Assembly (NCBI RefSeq): GCF_030065885.1
Contig: NZ_JASJCS010000008.1
Coordinates: forward strand, 12,067 to 76,066
Source: Ilumatobacter sp.
GTDB lineage: Bacteria; Actinomycetota; Acidimicrobiia; Acidimicrobiales; Ilumatobacteraceae
Length of the DNA stretch: 64,000 nucleotides
Direction of reading: 5' to 3'
Below are positions 19,134 to 28,621 of the stretch, one piece after another. Every line of letters begins with the position of its first letter. Within the stretch, counting starts at the first letter, position 1. Position numbers and translations under genes: made by a program. The notes under the pieces were generated by a model. It was not told where the DNA came from and ran no database searches. It saw nothing but the letters and a program-made list of their open reading frames with translations.

Positions 19134-21134
19134 CTACGGGCGCTGGATGGTGACGATGGGCTGGTCGAGGCCGACCTGGGCGCCGGCGGGGACGTGCACG
19201 ACGTCGACGATGCCGTCGAAGGGGGCGGCGAGCGTGTGCTCCATCTTCATCGCCTCGACGGCGGCGACCGCGGCGCCGGCAGTGATCGACTGGCCGACCT
19301 CGACGGCGACGTCGATCACCGTGCCCGGCATCGGGCTGCGCACGATCCCGTCTGCGTGGGCGGCGGACGGGTCGGCGCCGGCGCCGCGCTGCTCGACCTC
19401 GGTGATCGCCCAACTCTCGCCACCGACGGCGACGTGGGTCGTCCGGCCGGCTGCGTGCACGTAGGCCGGCTGCGCACGCCCCTCGACGACGATGGTCCGG
19501 TCGACACCGTGGCCGCGCACGCTGCAGACGATCGGGGCGGATCCGTCGAGCTCGACCCGCCACGACGGCGCAGCCGCGACGTCACGGTCGGGTGTCGCGA
19601 GCACGACGACGCGCCCGCGCCCGGGCACGTCGAACTCGCGGCGCGTCGCTGCCGCCTCACCGTGGCGCCACCCGACCAGCCGTCGCCACGGGTCGCCGGT
19701 GTCGGCGAGCGACTCGGACAGCGGCGCGAGCATCACGGCGACGAGCGCCGCGTCGGGCACGCCGTCGCCGCCGAGCTCGGGCAACCGCCGCTCGACGAGG
19801 CCGGTGTCGAGCGCGCCGGCGCGGACCTCGGCGTCGGCCAGCAACCGGCGGAGGAAGCCGATGTTGGTCGTGACCCCGAGCACGGCGGTCGAGGCCAGCG
19901 CACCATCGAGTCGGTGCAGCGCCTCGGCCCGATCGTTGCCCCAAGCGATCACCTTCGACAGCATCGGGTCGTAGTCGGAACCGATCGAGGAACCCGGCGC
20001 GATGCCCGAGTCGACCCGGACGCCCGCACCGACCGCTTCGCGGAGCCCGACGACCGTGCCGCCCGTCGGGAGGAAGCCGCGTTCGGCGTCCTCGGCGTAG
20101 ACCCGGGCTTCGATCGCGTGCCCGTTCGGTTGCAGGTCGGCCTGGGTGAACGGCAACGCCTCCCCGGCGGCCACCCTGAGCTGCTGCTCGACGAGGTCGA
20201 CGCCGTAGACCAGCTCGGTCACCGGGTGCTCGACCTGCAGGCGAGTGTTCATCTCCATGAAGAAGAACTCGTCGGGCCGGTCCGCCGACACGATGAACTC
20301 GACCGTCCCGGCGCCCCGGTAGCCGCAGGCGCGGGCGGCATCGGTCGCCTGGCGGCCCATCTCGGCGCGCACGACCGGCGTGAGCAGCGGCGAGGGTGCC
20401 TCCTCGATGATCTTCTGGTGGCGTCGCTGCAGGCTGCACTCGCGCTCGCCGAGGTGAACGACGTTGCCGTGGCCGTCGGCGAGCACCTGGATCTCGATGT
20501 GGCGGGGGTTCGTGACGAACCGTTCGACGAGCAGCGTGTCGTCGCCGAAGGCGCTGGCCGCCTCGCGGCGAGCCGACTCGATCGCGTCCGCGAGCTCGAG
20601 GTCGGCCTCGACCAGGCGCATGCCCTTGCCACCGCCCCCCGCCGACGGCTTGAGGAGCACGGGGAACCCGACCTCGCGAGCGGCGTGCACGAGCGCTTCG
20701 TCGTCCAGTCCCGTCCCGTCCGAGCCGGGAACGACCGAGACGCCGGCGGCCGCAACGGTCGCCTTCGCTGCGATCTTGTCGCCCATCGCATCGATCGCGC
20801 CGGGCGGCGGTCCGATGAACACGACGCCGGCCTCGGCACACGCTCGGGGCAGAGCGGGGTTCTCGGACAGGAAGCCGTAGCCGGGGTGGATCGCCTGCGC
20901 GCCCGACGCGAGCGCTGCGTCCACGATCCGGTCGACGCGCAGGTACGAGTCGACCGCGGCCGCGGGACCGATCCTGACCGCGGCGTCCGCGAGCCGCACG
21001 TGCAGCGCGTCGGCATCGGCGTCGGAGTACACGGCGACCGAGCGGATGCCGTGCTCGCGCAGCGTGCGCATGACGCGGACCGCGATCTCACCGCGGTTCG
21101 CCACGAGCACGGTGTCGAACATCGCCGCCCCCAT
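19134..21134 (-). CDS. mccA: Methylcrotonyl/acyl-CoA carboxylase alpha subunit (biotin carboxylase + BCCP)
   Basis: VANRGEIA, HPGYGFLSEN, GGGGKGMR, EMNTRLQVEH, EAMKM biotin motif. Confidence 0.88.
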   Translation of the reverse strand: MGAAMFDTVLVANRGEIAVRVMRTLREHGIRSVAVYSDADADALHVRLADAAVRIGPAAAVDSYLRVDRIVDAALASGAQAIHPGYGFLSENPALPRACAEAGVVFIGPPPGAIDAMGDKIAAKATVAAAGVSVVPGSDGTGLDDEALVHAAREVGFPVLLKPSAGGGGKGMRLVEADLELADAIESARREAASAFGDDTLLVERFVTNPRHIEIQVLADGHGNVVHLGERECSLQRRHQKIIEEAPSPLLTPVVRAEMGRQATDAARACGYRGAGTVEFIVSADRPDEFFFMEMNTRLQVEHPVTELVYGVDLVEQQLRVAAGEALPFTQADLQPNGHAIEARVYAEDAERGFLPTGGTVVGLREAVGAGVRVDSGIAPGSSIGSDYDPMLSKVIAWGNDRAEALHRLDGALASTAVLGVTTNIGFLRRLLADAEVRAGALDTGLVERRLPELGGDGVPDAALVAVMLAPLSESLADTGDPWRRLVGWRHGEAAATRREFDVPGRGRVVVLATPDRDVAAAPSWRVELDGSAPIVCSVRGHGVDRTIVVEGRAQPAYVHAAGRTTHVAVGGESWAITEVEQRGAGADPSAAHADGIVRSPMPGTVIDVAVEVGQSITAGAAVAAVEAMKMEHTLAAPFDGIVDVVHVPAGAQVGLDQPIVTIQRP

Positions 21135-22729
21135 CACATCCGGAAGACGCCCCAGGCGACGTCGTCGAGCGGCGCCTCGCTCACCGCGGCGAGGGCGAGG
21201 CCGAGCACGTCCCTGGTCTGGCCCGGTTCGATCACGCCGTCGTCCCAGAGCCGTGCCGTGGCGTAGTACGGGTGCCCCTGGGTCTCGTACTGCTCGCGAA
21301 TCGGTGCCTTGAACGCCTCTTCGGCCTCTTCGGACTCGAACTCGCCGCTCACGGTCGCGAGCACCGATGCCGCCTGCTCGCCGCCCATCACCGAGATCCT
21401 CGCGTTCGGCCACATCCAGAGGAAGCGAGGTGAGTAGGCCCTGCCGCACATCGAGTAGTTCCCGGCGCCGAACGAGCCGCCGATCACGACGCTGAGCTTG
21501 GGGACGCGGCAGGTGGCGACCGCAGTGACCATCTTGGCGCCGTGCTTGGCGATGCCGCCCGCCTCGTAGTCGCGGCCGACCATGAATCCGCTGATGTTCT
21601 GGAGGAAGACGAGCGGGATCTTGCGCTGATCGCACAGCTCGATGAAGTGGGCGCCCTTCTGGGCGGACTCGCCGAACAGGATCCCGTTGTTGGCGACGAT
21701 GCCGACCGGGTGACCCCAGATGTGGGCGAAGCCGGTGACGAGCGTGGTCCCGAACAGTGCCTTGAACTCGTGGAAGCGCGACCCGTCGACGATGCGGGCG
21801 ATCACCTCGCGCACGTCGTAGGGGTGCCGCGTATCGGTCGACACGACGCCGGTCAGCTGGGAGGGATCGACGCGCGGCGGTTCGGGGTCGACGACGGTCC
21901 ATTCGGGCTCGGGCGGTGGCGGCAGCGAGGCGACGATGTCGCGCACGATCGACAGCGCGTGTCGATCGTCCTCGGCGAGGTGGTCGACGACGCCGGAGAT
22001 GTGGCTGTGGACGTAGCCGCCGCCCAGATCCTCGGCCGAGACGACCTCGCCCGTCGCCGCCTTCACCAGCGGCGGTCCGCCGAGGAAGATCGTGCCCTGG
22101 TTGCGGACGATGACCGCCTCGTCGGACATCGCCGGCACGTACGCGCCGCCCGCCGTGCACGACCCGAGCACGGCGGCGATCTGCGGGATCGCCTTCGACG
22201 ACATCTGTGCCTGGTTGTAGAAGATCCTGCCGAAGTGGTCGCGGTCGGGGAAGACCTCGTCCTGTTCGGGCAGGAAGGCCCCACCCGAGTCGACCAGGTA
22301 GATGCACGGCAGCCGGTTCTGCAGCGCGATCTCCTGCGCACGGAGGTGCTTCTTGACCGTGATCGGGTGGTAGGTGCCGCCCTTGACGGTGGCGTCGTTC
22401 GCGACGATCACGCAGAGGCGGCCCGCCACGCGCCCGATGCCGGTGATGATGCCCGCCGCGGGCACCTGCCCGTCGTACATGCCGTGCGCGGCGAGACCCG
22501 AGAGCTCGAGCAGCGGGGCACCGGGGTCGAGCACGCCGTCGACACGCTCACGCGGCAGCAGCTTGCCCCGTGCGACGTGGCGCTCGCGCGAGCGCTCGGG
22601 CCCGCCCTTCGCCGTCTCGGCGGTGACCCGGCGGAGGTCCTCGATGATCTCGCCGAACGTCGCCGCGTTCGAGGCGTACTCCTCGCTCGCCGGATCACAC
22701 GACGACGTCAACACCGGCCACTCGACCAC
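21134..22729 (-). CDS. mccB: Methylcrotonyl-CoA carboxylase beta (carboxyltransferase) subunit
   Basis: [43 protein letters not shown]. Confidence 0.92.
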   Translation of the reverse strand: MVEWPVLTSSCDPASEEYASNAATFGEIIEDLRRVTAETAKGGPERSRERHVARGKLLPRERVDGVLDPGAPLLELSGLAAHGMYDGQVPAAGIITGIGRVAGRLCVIVANDATVKGGTYHPITVKKHLRAQEIALQNRLPCIYLVDSGGAFLPEQDEVFPDRDHFGRIFYNQAQMSSKAIPQIAAVLGSCTAGGAYVPAMSDEAVIVRNQGTIFLGGPPLVKAATGEVVSAEDLGGGYVHSHISGVVDHLAEDDRHALSIVRDIVASLPPPPEPEWTVVDPEPPRVDPSQLTGVVSTDTRHPYDVREVIARIVDGSRFHEFKALFGTTLVTGFAHIWGHPVGIVANNGILFGESAQKGAHFIELCDQRKIPLVFLQNISGFMVGRDYEAGGIAKHGAKMVTAVATCRVPKLSVVIGGSFGAGNYSMCGRAYSPRFLWMWPNARISVMGGEQAASVLATVSGEFESEEAEEAFKAPIREQYETQGHPYYATARLWDDGVIEPGQTRDVLGLALAAVSEAPLDDVAWGVFRM

Positions 22730-22737
22730 GCAGCGAC

Positions 22738-22753
22738 CTTAACGGAGACTAAG
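22738..22753. promoter_or_regulatory. Putative TetR operator, site 2
   Basis: CTTAACGGAGACTAAG just upstream of mccB; flank TCGCTGTCGA shared with site 1. Confidence 0.7.
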
Positions 22754-22767
22754 TTCGCTGTCGAGTG

Positions 22768-23838
22768 TCAGCGAACCGTTCGCAGCTCGCCGCGGCCCAT
22801 GACCATCCCGGCGAGCAGCGGCATCCAGAGGTCGAGGAGCCGGAACAGCGCCACTGCGACCGCCGCCGCACCCACGCTCGCGCCCGACGCGATCAGCAGC
22901 GATGCCGTCGACGCCTCCACGGTGCCGAGACCGCCCGGCACGATCGACACCACCGACGACGCCAGCGCGGTGGCGTACACGGCCAGCGCGCTGACGACCG
23001 TGACCGGCAGTCCGACCGCAGCAGCTGCCGCGGCCAACATGAGCGCGCCCAGGCACTTCGAGGCGACGGCGTGCGCGATCAGTCGCACCGAGGCAGCGGG
23101 TCGGCGGCGCGCCTCGGCGACCGCGTCGAACAGCTCCTCGGGGAACGGGACGGGATCGGCCATCCGTCGCCGGACGATCGGAAGCCGACGGCCGACGGCA
23201 TGGCCCCACCCCCACAAGCGTCGCGCCCATGTCCGGCTGCGAACGATCGCCACCGCGCCGACGGCGACCAGCGTTGCGTACACCGCGAAACCCGCCGCAG
23301 CGACGAGCCACCACGTCGTGAGCCCGCCCGACAGCCACAGCGCGACGATCGTCGCCAGCATCAGCACGCCGAGCGCGAGGAACGACGCCGCCGCGCTGAG
23401 GACGCACGCCGCTGCAACGGCACCGGGCGTGTGGCCGCGGCGCCTGCCGTGCCGGATGAAGATCGCGAGGCCGACCGCACCGGCCGACTTCACGACCTTC
23501 TGCGCGCTGAAGCCGACCGCCGCGGTCCGCGTCATCGAAGCGACGCCGGTGTCGAGCCCGACGGCGTGGTGAGCGGCTCGGTTCAACATGCCGCGGTTGA
23601 CGACGGCGAGCAGCGAGACCGTGAGCCCGACCAGCAACAAGCCCGGATCGGCATGGGCGATGCCCGAGATCGCCGACCGCAACCCATCCTGCTCGGACAC
23701 GGCGAAGACGGCGAACAGGCCGAGCACGACCGCGACGAGGACATACCGCACGAGCCGTCGACGACGGCGCGGCATCGAGCCTGCGGCGGGAGCTTCGGTT
23801 GGGTCGATCGTGGCGGCGGTTGGGTCGGTAGCGGTCAT
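22768..23838 (-). CDS. Lysylphosphatidylglycerol synthase TM-region (UPF0104/flippase-like) membrane protein
   Basis: Multiple TMs; VPGGLGTVEA, LFRLLDLWMP. Confidence 0.8.
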   Translation of the reverse strand: MTATDPTAATIDPTEAPAAGSMPRRRRRLVRYVLVAVVLGLFAVFAVSEQDGLRSAISGIAHADPGLLLVGLTVSLLAVVNRGMLNRAAHHAVGLDTGVASMTRTAAVGFSAQKVVKSAGAVGLAIFIRHGRRRGHTPGAVAAACVLSAAASFLALGVLMLATIVALWLSGGLTTWWLVAAAGFAVYATLVAVGAVAIVRSRTWARRLWGWGHAVGRRLPIVRRRMADPVPFPEELFDAVAEARRRPAASVRLIAHAVASKCLGALMLAAAAAAVGLPVTVVSALAVYATALASSVVSIVPGGLGTVEASTASLLIASGASVGAAAVAVALFRLLDLWMPLLAGMVMGRGELRTVR

Positions 23839-23968
23839 GAAGAGATCCCTCACATTCCGAATCGACAGACACGAGCACGGCCTTGAGCGATCGTCATCCG
23901 ACGGTCGGAGGGCGAGACGTGTATCAGGAGGACGATCTCGTCCTCTGTGCGGGGCAGGGAGGTACGAC

Positions 23969-24217
23969 ATGTACGACAGCGACCCACACACGATCCGGAT
24001 GCTCGTCGGGGAACGGCAGGCCGAGATGCGGCGTCAGGCCCACCGCCACCGCGTCGGCCGTACCGGGACGAGGTCGGCAGGGACGAGGTCGGCCGTGACG
24101 AGCCGCTTCCCCGCCCGAAAGGCCGGTGCGCGCAGCATCGGACGGGTCTGGGAGACCGTTCGCGACGGGTTCGCAGCGATCGCGCACATCCGCCGGGCGC
24201 CCCGCCGCGCGCACTGA
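23969..24217 (+). CDS. Small basic hypothetical protein
   Basis: GGGAGG RBS before ATG; MYDSDPHTIRMLVGERQAEMRRQAHRH. Confidence 0.55.
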   Translation: MYDSDPHTIRMLVGERQAEMRRQAHRHRVGRTGTRSAGTRSAVTSRFPARKAGARSIGRVWETVRDGFAAIAHIRRAPRRAH

Positions 24218-24266
24218 TCCCGCGCACCGATCGGCGGGCCCCGATCCGGGTGGCTACCGTTCGCGC

Positions 24267-24923
24267 ATGGGAGCGATCAACTCTGCAGAAAACGGTCCAC
24301 TGCTGGTCAACGGCGACGTTCCGCTGGAACGCCGCCGGCAGGTCGAGACCGAGCACGGCGAGCCACTGGCCTGGGAGACCACCCAGCGCGTCGAGACGAA
24401 GGATCGGTACGCCCTGTGCCGTTGCGGCGGCTCGGCCAACAAGCCCTTCTGCGACGGGACGCACGCTCGCGAGGGCTTCGTGGCCGACGAGGGCGACACC
24501 GGGTCGTACGCCGACCGTTCGACCGATCTCGGCGGCACCGGCATCACCGTTCGCGACGATCGGTCGATCTGCGAGCACGCCGGCTACTGCGGCAACCAGG
24601 TGACCAACGTCTGGAAGGCCGTCGCCGACACGGGCGACGTCAACACCCGCACGATGGTGATCGGCATGATCGACAAGTGCCCGTCGGGCGCGCTGACCTA
24701 TGAGATCGACGGCGAGAGCCGCGAGCCGATCCTGCCCGAAGCCATCGGCGTGATCGACGACGGCCCGCTCTGGGTGACCGGTGGGATCAGCATCACGCTC
24801 GCCGATGGCACGCAGCTCGAGACCCGCAATCGCGTCACGCTCTGCCGGTGCGGCCAGTCGGCGAACAAGCCGCTCTGCGACGGGAGCCACAAGGAGGCCG
24901 GCTTCCGCGACAGCGGCGGCTGA
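24267..24923 (+). CDS. CDGSH iron-sulfur protein with central divergent ferredoxin-like domain
   Basis: CRCGGSANKPFCDGTH; CEHAGYC...CPSGAL; CRCGQSANKPLCDGSH. Confidence 0.92.
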   Translation: MGAINSAENGPLLVNGDVPLERRRQVETEHGEPLAWETTQRVETKDRYALCRCGGSANKPFCDGTHAREGFVADEGDTGSYADRSTDLGGTGITVRDDRSICEHAGYCGNQVTNVWKAVADTGDVNTRTMVIGMIDKCPSGALTYEIDGESREPILPEAIGVIDDGPLWVTGGISITLADGTQLETRNRVTLCRCGQSANKPLCDGSHKEAGFRDSGG

Positions 24924-24948
24924 GGGCGGCCGCCTTCGACACGACCCG

Positions 24949-25803
24949 TCAGGCCGTCTGGAAGAACCCGAGACCGATCGTCTGGTTGCCGCTCTCCTCG
25001 AGGACGAGCACCTCGACCTCGTAGACCGAGCCGCGCCGGAGGAAGTCGGGTGGGACCGGCAGCGAGGTCGCGTCGGCGCCGACGTGCACGTCGTAGATCG
25101 GGCGCGAGTTGCCGTGCGGATCCTCGTAGTCGTCGAGCGTGACGATCACCTCGTAGCCGGTCACGGTCACCGGGTCGCCGAAGATGGTCTCGGTCACCGG
25201 CTCCCATGCGACGACGACGTCGTCGAGCGGCACGATGGACTCGCTCGCCAGATCCGCCTCGTCGGTGAGTCTGGGGGACGTGATCTGGGGTTCGGCGGGG
25301 ATGGCGTGGGTGAACCACGCCGTGCTCACCCGGGCGACACCGTCGTACCCGATGCTCGACACCAGGTAGTCGCCTTCCGGGAACCAGGAGCGGACGTCGT
25401 CGATCGGCACGTCGGCGTTCTCCGGCTCGCGCGACTCGAAGAGCAGATCCGACACGGCCAACTCGTCGAACGTTCCCAGCGGATCGGCCACCAACATCTC
25501 GCCGCCGTCGGGGTAGAAGACGCAGAGCATGCGCCAGGCCTCGCCACCGAGCGCTCCATGCACACCGGTGTCGGCGTCGGTCGCGTTGTGCTCGATGTAG
25601 AGCTTGGCGTCTTCGAGCAGTTCCCCCGTCTCCGGGCATGCATCGGCCCCGATCGCTGCCGCGGCCGGTTCGACCGTCGCCACGTCGTTCGTCGACTCCG
25701 TCGGAGCCGCCGGTTGCTCGGAGCCACCACATGCAGCGATCGCGAGGAGCGGCACGAGCGTTGCTGCTGCACGCGTTCCCCGGGTCATCGTCGTCGGTGT
25801 CAT
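24949..25803 (-). CDS. Hypothetical acidic lipoprotein
   Basis: Lipobox IAAC; acidic beta-rich body. Confidence 0.65.
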   Translation of the reverse strand: MTPTTMTRGTRAAATLVPLLAIAACGGSEQPAAPTESTNDVATVEPAAAAIGADACPETGELLEDAKLYIEHNATDADTGVHGALGGEAWRMLCVFYPDGGEMLVADPLGTFDELAVSDLLFESREPENADVPIDDVRSWFPEGDYLVSSIGYDGVARVSTAWFTHAIPAEPQITSPRLTDEADLASESIVPLDDVVVAWEPVTETIFGDPVTVTGYEVIVTLDDYEDPHGNSRPIYDVHVGADATSLPVPPDFLRRGSVYEVEVLVLEESGNQTIGLGFFQTA

Positions 25804-25884
25804 GGAGCGATCGTGCGCTCGAGGGCCTGACGCCGCGCTGAACGCCGCTGACCGCGAGCTGACCCGCCCGCAGCTGCACCGGAC

Positions 25885-25900
25885 CTGAGTCACCATTAAG
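25885..25900. promoter_or_regulatory. Putative TetR operator, site 3
   Basis: CTGAGTCACCATTAAG followed by GTGG, 10 nt before HMG-CoA lyase start. Confidence 0.6.
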
Positions 25901-25910
25901 GTGGCTCGGC

Positions 25911-26813
25911 ATGGTGATGATCGCGATCCGCGACGTCTGCCCGCGCGACGGGCTGCAGAGCGAGGCGCCGGTCGATCCCGCACGGCGGGCGCGCCTCGCG
26001 CTCGCGCTCGCACACGCCGGAGTCCGCGAGGTCGAGGCGGCGTCGTTCGTCTCGCCCCGGGCCGTGCCGTCGATGGCCGGCGGTGGGGGCGTGTTCGAGG
26101 CACTCCCCCGGGACGGCGACGTCGACTGGTGGGCGCTGGTCCCGAACGCCCGCGGCGCCGAGCTGGCGATCGAAGCAGGTGTCACGCACGTCACGGTGAC
26201 GATCTCGGCGTCCGAGGGGTACAGCCGGAAGAACGTGGGGCGCACCACGACCGAGGCGATCGCGTCCCTGGCCGAGATCGCGGATGCGGTCGGCGACGAC
26301 GCTCACCTCGACGTCGTCGTCTCGTGCGCATTCGGCTCGCCGTTCGGCGACGTCGCCGATCCCTCGGCCACATGCCTCATCGCCGAGCGGACGTGCGACG
26401 TGATGCCGACTGCGCGGTTGACGCTCGCCGACACCACCGGTACGGCAACCCCGCGGCGCATCGCCGAGGTGATCGCCGCCGTCCCCGAGGTGAGCACGGA
26501 CGACCTGGGCCTGCACCTCCACGACACGCGGGGGACAGCGCTCGCCAACGCGCTCGCTGCGATCGAGCTCGGCGTCCGGCGATTCGACACCGCGGCCGGC
26601 GGTCTCGGGGGCTCGCCGTTCGCTCCCGGCGCAGGCGGCAACCTCGCCACCGAGGACCTCGTGATGACGCTGCACGACCTCGGCCACGAGACCGGCGTCG
26701 ACCTCGACGCGGTCCTCACGGTGAGCCGCGGGTTGCCGGACCTGGTCGGCCACGACGTGCCGAGCCGGGTGCACGCGGCCGGTGGCCTGCCGCCGTTCGG
26801 GGCCGGCGCGTGA
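25911..26813 (+). CDS. hmgL: Hydroxymethylglutaryl-CoA lyase
   Basis: PRDGLQ, SFVSPRAVP, LADTTG, HLHDTRG, GLGGSPFAPGAGGNLATED. Confidence 0.9.
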   Translation: MVMIAIRDVCPRDGLQSEAPVDPARRARLALALAHAGVREVEAASFVSPRAVPSMAGGGGVFEALPRDGDVDWWALVPNARGAELAIEAGVTHVTVTISASEGYSRKNVGRTTTEAIASLAEIADAVGDDAHLDVVVSCAFGSPFGDVADPSATCLIAERTCDVMPTARLTLADTTGTATPRRIAEVIAAVPEVSTDDLGLHLHDTRGTALANALAAIELGVRRFDTAAGGLGGSPFAPGAGGNLATEDLVMTLHDLGHETGVDLDAVLTVSRGLPDLVGHDVPSRVHAAGGLPPFGAGA

Positions 26814-27370
26814 GCAGGCGCCGCGACGAGCTGCTCGCGATCGCCGCCGACCTGTTCGCCGAACACGGTTTCGCGAACGTGACCGTCGACGACATCGGCG
26901 ATGCGGCCGGTGTCAGCGGGCCGGCCCTCTACCACCACTTCGACAGCAAGGAGGCGCTGCTCGGTGAGACGCTGATCGGGATCAGCGAGTACCTGCTCGC
27001 CGGCGGGCGCGCCGTGGCCGACGCGGGCGGCGCCGACGTCGTCGAGCGGCTCGTCCGCTTCCATGCCGAGTTCGCCGTCGACGATCGCTCGCTGATCACC
27101 GTCCACTTCCGCGATCTGGTGCACGCCACGGCCGGTGACCGCTCGCAGGTCCGCAACCTCCAGGCGCGCTACGTCGCGCTCTGGGCCGACGCGCTCCAGG
27201 CGGAGGCCCGCTCGCTCGACCGCGACGCCGCCGAGGCCGCCGTGCACGCCACGTTCGGACTGATCAACTCGACGCCGTTCAGCGCCCGCCTGCCGCGCGA
27301 GCAGATGCTCGACCTGCTGTCGTCGATGGCGACGGCGGCCTTGGGAGCGTCGAGATTGCATCAAGGCTGA
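26810..27370 (+). CDS. TetR-family regulator (BkaR-like by context)
   Basis: AADLFAEHGF...DIGDAAGVSGPALYHHFDSKE; C-terminal HATFGLINSTP; GTGA overlap. Confidence 0.9.
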   Translation: MSRRRDELLAIAADLFAEHGFANVTVDDIGDAAGVSGPALYHHFDSKEALLGETLIGISEYLLAGGRAVADAGGADVVERLVRFHAEFAVDDRSLITVHFRDLVHATAGDRSQVRNLQARYVALWADALQAEARSLDRDAAEAAVHATFGLINSTPFSARLPREQMLDLLSSMATAALGASRLHQG

Positions 27371-27448
27371 AGGAATCTCCTTCGCCAAGATCCCACCGTG
27401 CGAGACAATCGCTGCCATTTTGGCACGTTCGGTGGCTACTATTGTGGT

Positions 27449-27531
27449 GAGCGGCTCCCGCACGCTCGTTCGTAACAGACCGGCGCCCTGCCGATTCTGC
27501 CTGGGACACTTCGGTCGTGCGGGAGCCGCTT
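27449..27531 (+). ncRNA. Candidate small structured RNA
   Basis: Perfect 15-bp inverted repeat 27450-27464/27516-27530 starting 7 nt after TACTAT (-10-like, 27437-27442). Confidence 0.4.
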
Positions 27532-27547
27532 CGGTACCGTCCCGGCC

Positions 27548-28606
27548 ATGCAGGTCGAGACGCATCTCCCGTTCGGCAAGGTCGACCCGGGCATCCGCGA
27601 GACCGAGCGGCCGGTCGACATGGCCCGCTTCCACCTCGACGCAGCGCGGGTCGAGGAGCTCGGCTTCGACGGGCTCGTGCTGACCGAGACGAAGGAGGAC
27701 CCGTTCGTCGCGATGGCGATGGCCGCGACCACGACCGGACGGATCGACCTGACGACGGCGGTGGCCATCGCGTTCCCGCGCAGCCCGACCGTCACCGCGA
27801 TGACGGCGTGGACACTGCAGCGTGCGAGCGGCGGCCGCTTCGTCCTCGGACTCGGCACCCAGGTGAAGGGCCACATCGAACGGCGCTACGGCATGCCGTG
27901 GCATCCCCCCGGGCCGTGGCTCGAGGACTACGTCCGCGCCGTGCAGGCGGTCTGGACCTGTTGGCAGGAGCGCTCCCCCCTCGAGTTCCACAGCGAGCAC
28001 TACGACCTGACCCTGATGAACCCGCTCTTCGACCCCGGGCCGATCGAGCACCGACGGCCGCCGATCCATCTCGCGTCGGTGAACGCGTTCATGTCGCGGC
28101 TCGCCGGGCGCCATGCCGACGGTGTGCGACCCCACCCGATCTGCACGCGCCGGTACATCTCCGAGGTGCTCGTGCCGGCCGTCGCCGCCGGCGCAGACGA
28201 CGCCGGGCGCGACCCCGGCGAGGTCGCCATGGTCGCGTCACCGCTGATCGTCACCGCTCCGACCGAGGCGGGCCTCGCCGACAAGATCAGCACCGTTCGG
28301 TCCAGGATCTCGTTCTATGCGTCGACTCGGACCTACCGCGCCGTGTTCGACCTGCACGGCTGGGGCGACATCGGCGACCACCTGTCGTCGTTGTCCAGGC
28401 AGCAGCGCTGGGACGAGATGGAACGCCACGTCACCGACGAGATGGTCCACGAGATCGCCGTCGTGGCACCGTACGACTCGCTCGCCGACGCCGTCGCGAG
28501 TCGTTACGAGGGTCTGTGCGATCGCGTCGAGTTCTCGATCCCCGTGGAGACCCCCGACGACGCGGCACTGCTCGCCGGGATGGTGGCCGAGATCCAGGCG
28601 CGCTGA
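27548..28606 (+). CDS. F420-dependent LLM-class oxidoreductase (TIGR03617-like)
   Basis: TAVAIAFPRSP, GRFVLGLGTQVKGHIERRYG, ADGVRPHP, FYASTRTY. Confidence 0.85.
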   Translation: MQVETHLPFGKVDPGIRETERPVDMARFHLDAARVEELGFDGLVLTETKEDPFVAMAMAATTTGRIDLTTAVAIAFPRSPTVTAMTAWTLQRASGGRFVLGLGTQVKGHIERRYGMPWHPPGPWLEDYVRAVQAVWTCWQERSPLEFHSEHYDLTLMNPLFDPGPIEHRRPPIHLASVNAFMSRLAGRHADGVRPHPICTRRYISEVLVPAVAAGADDAGRDPGEVAMVASPLIVTAPTEAGLADKISTVRSRISFYASTRTYRAVFDLHGWGDIGDHLSSLSRQQRWDEMERHVTDEMVHEIAVVAPYDSLADAVASRYEGLCDRVEFSIPVETPDDAALLAGMVAEIQAR

Positions 28607-28621
28607 CCGCGGGCCGACGGC

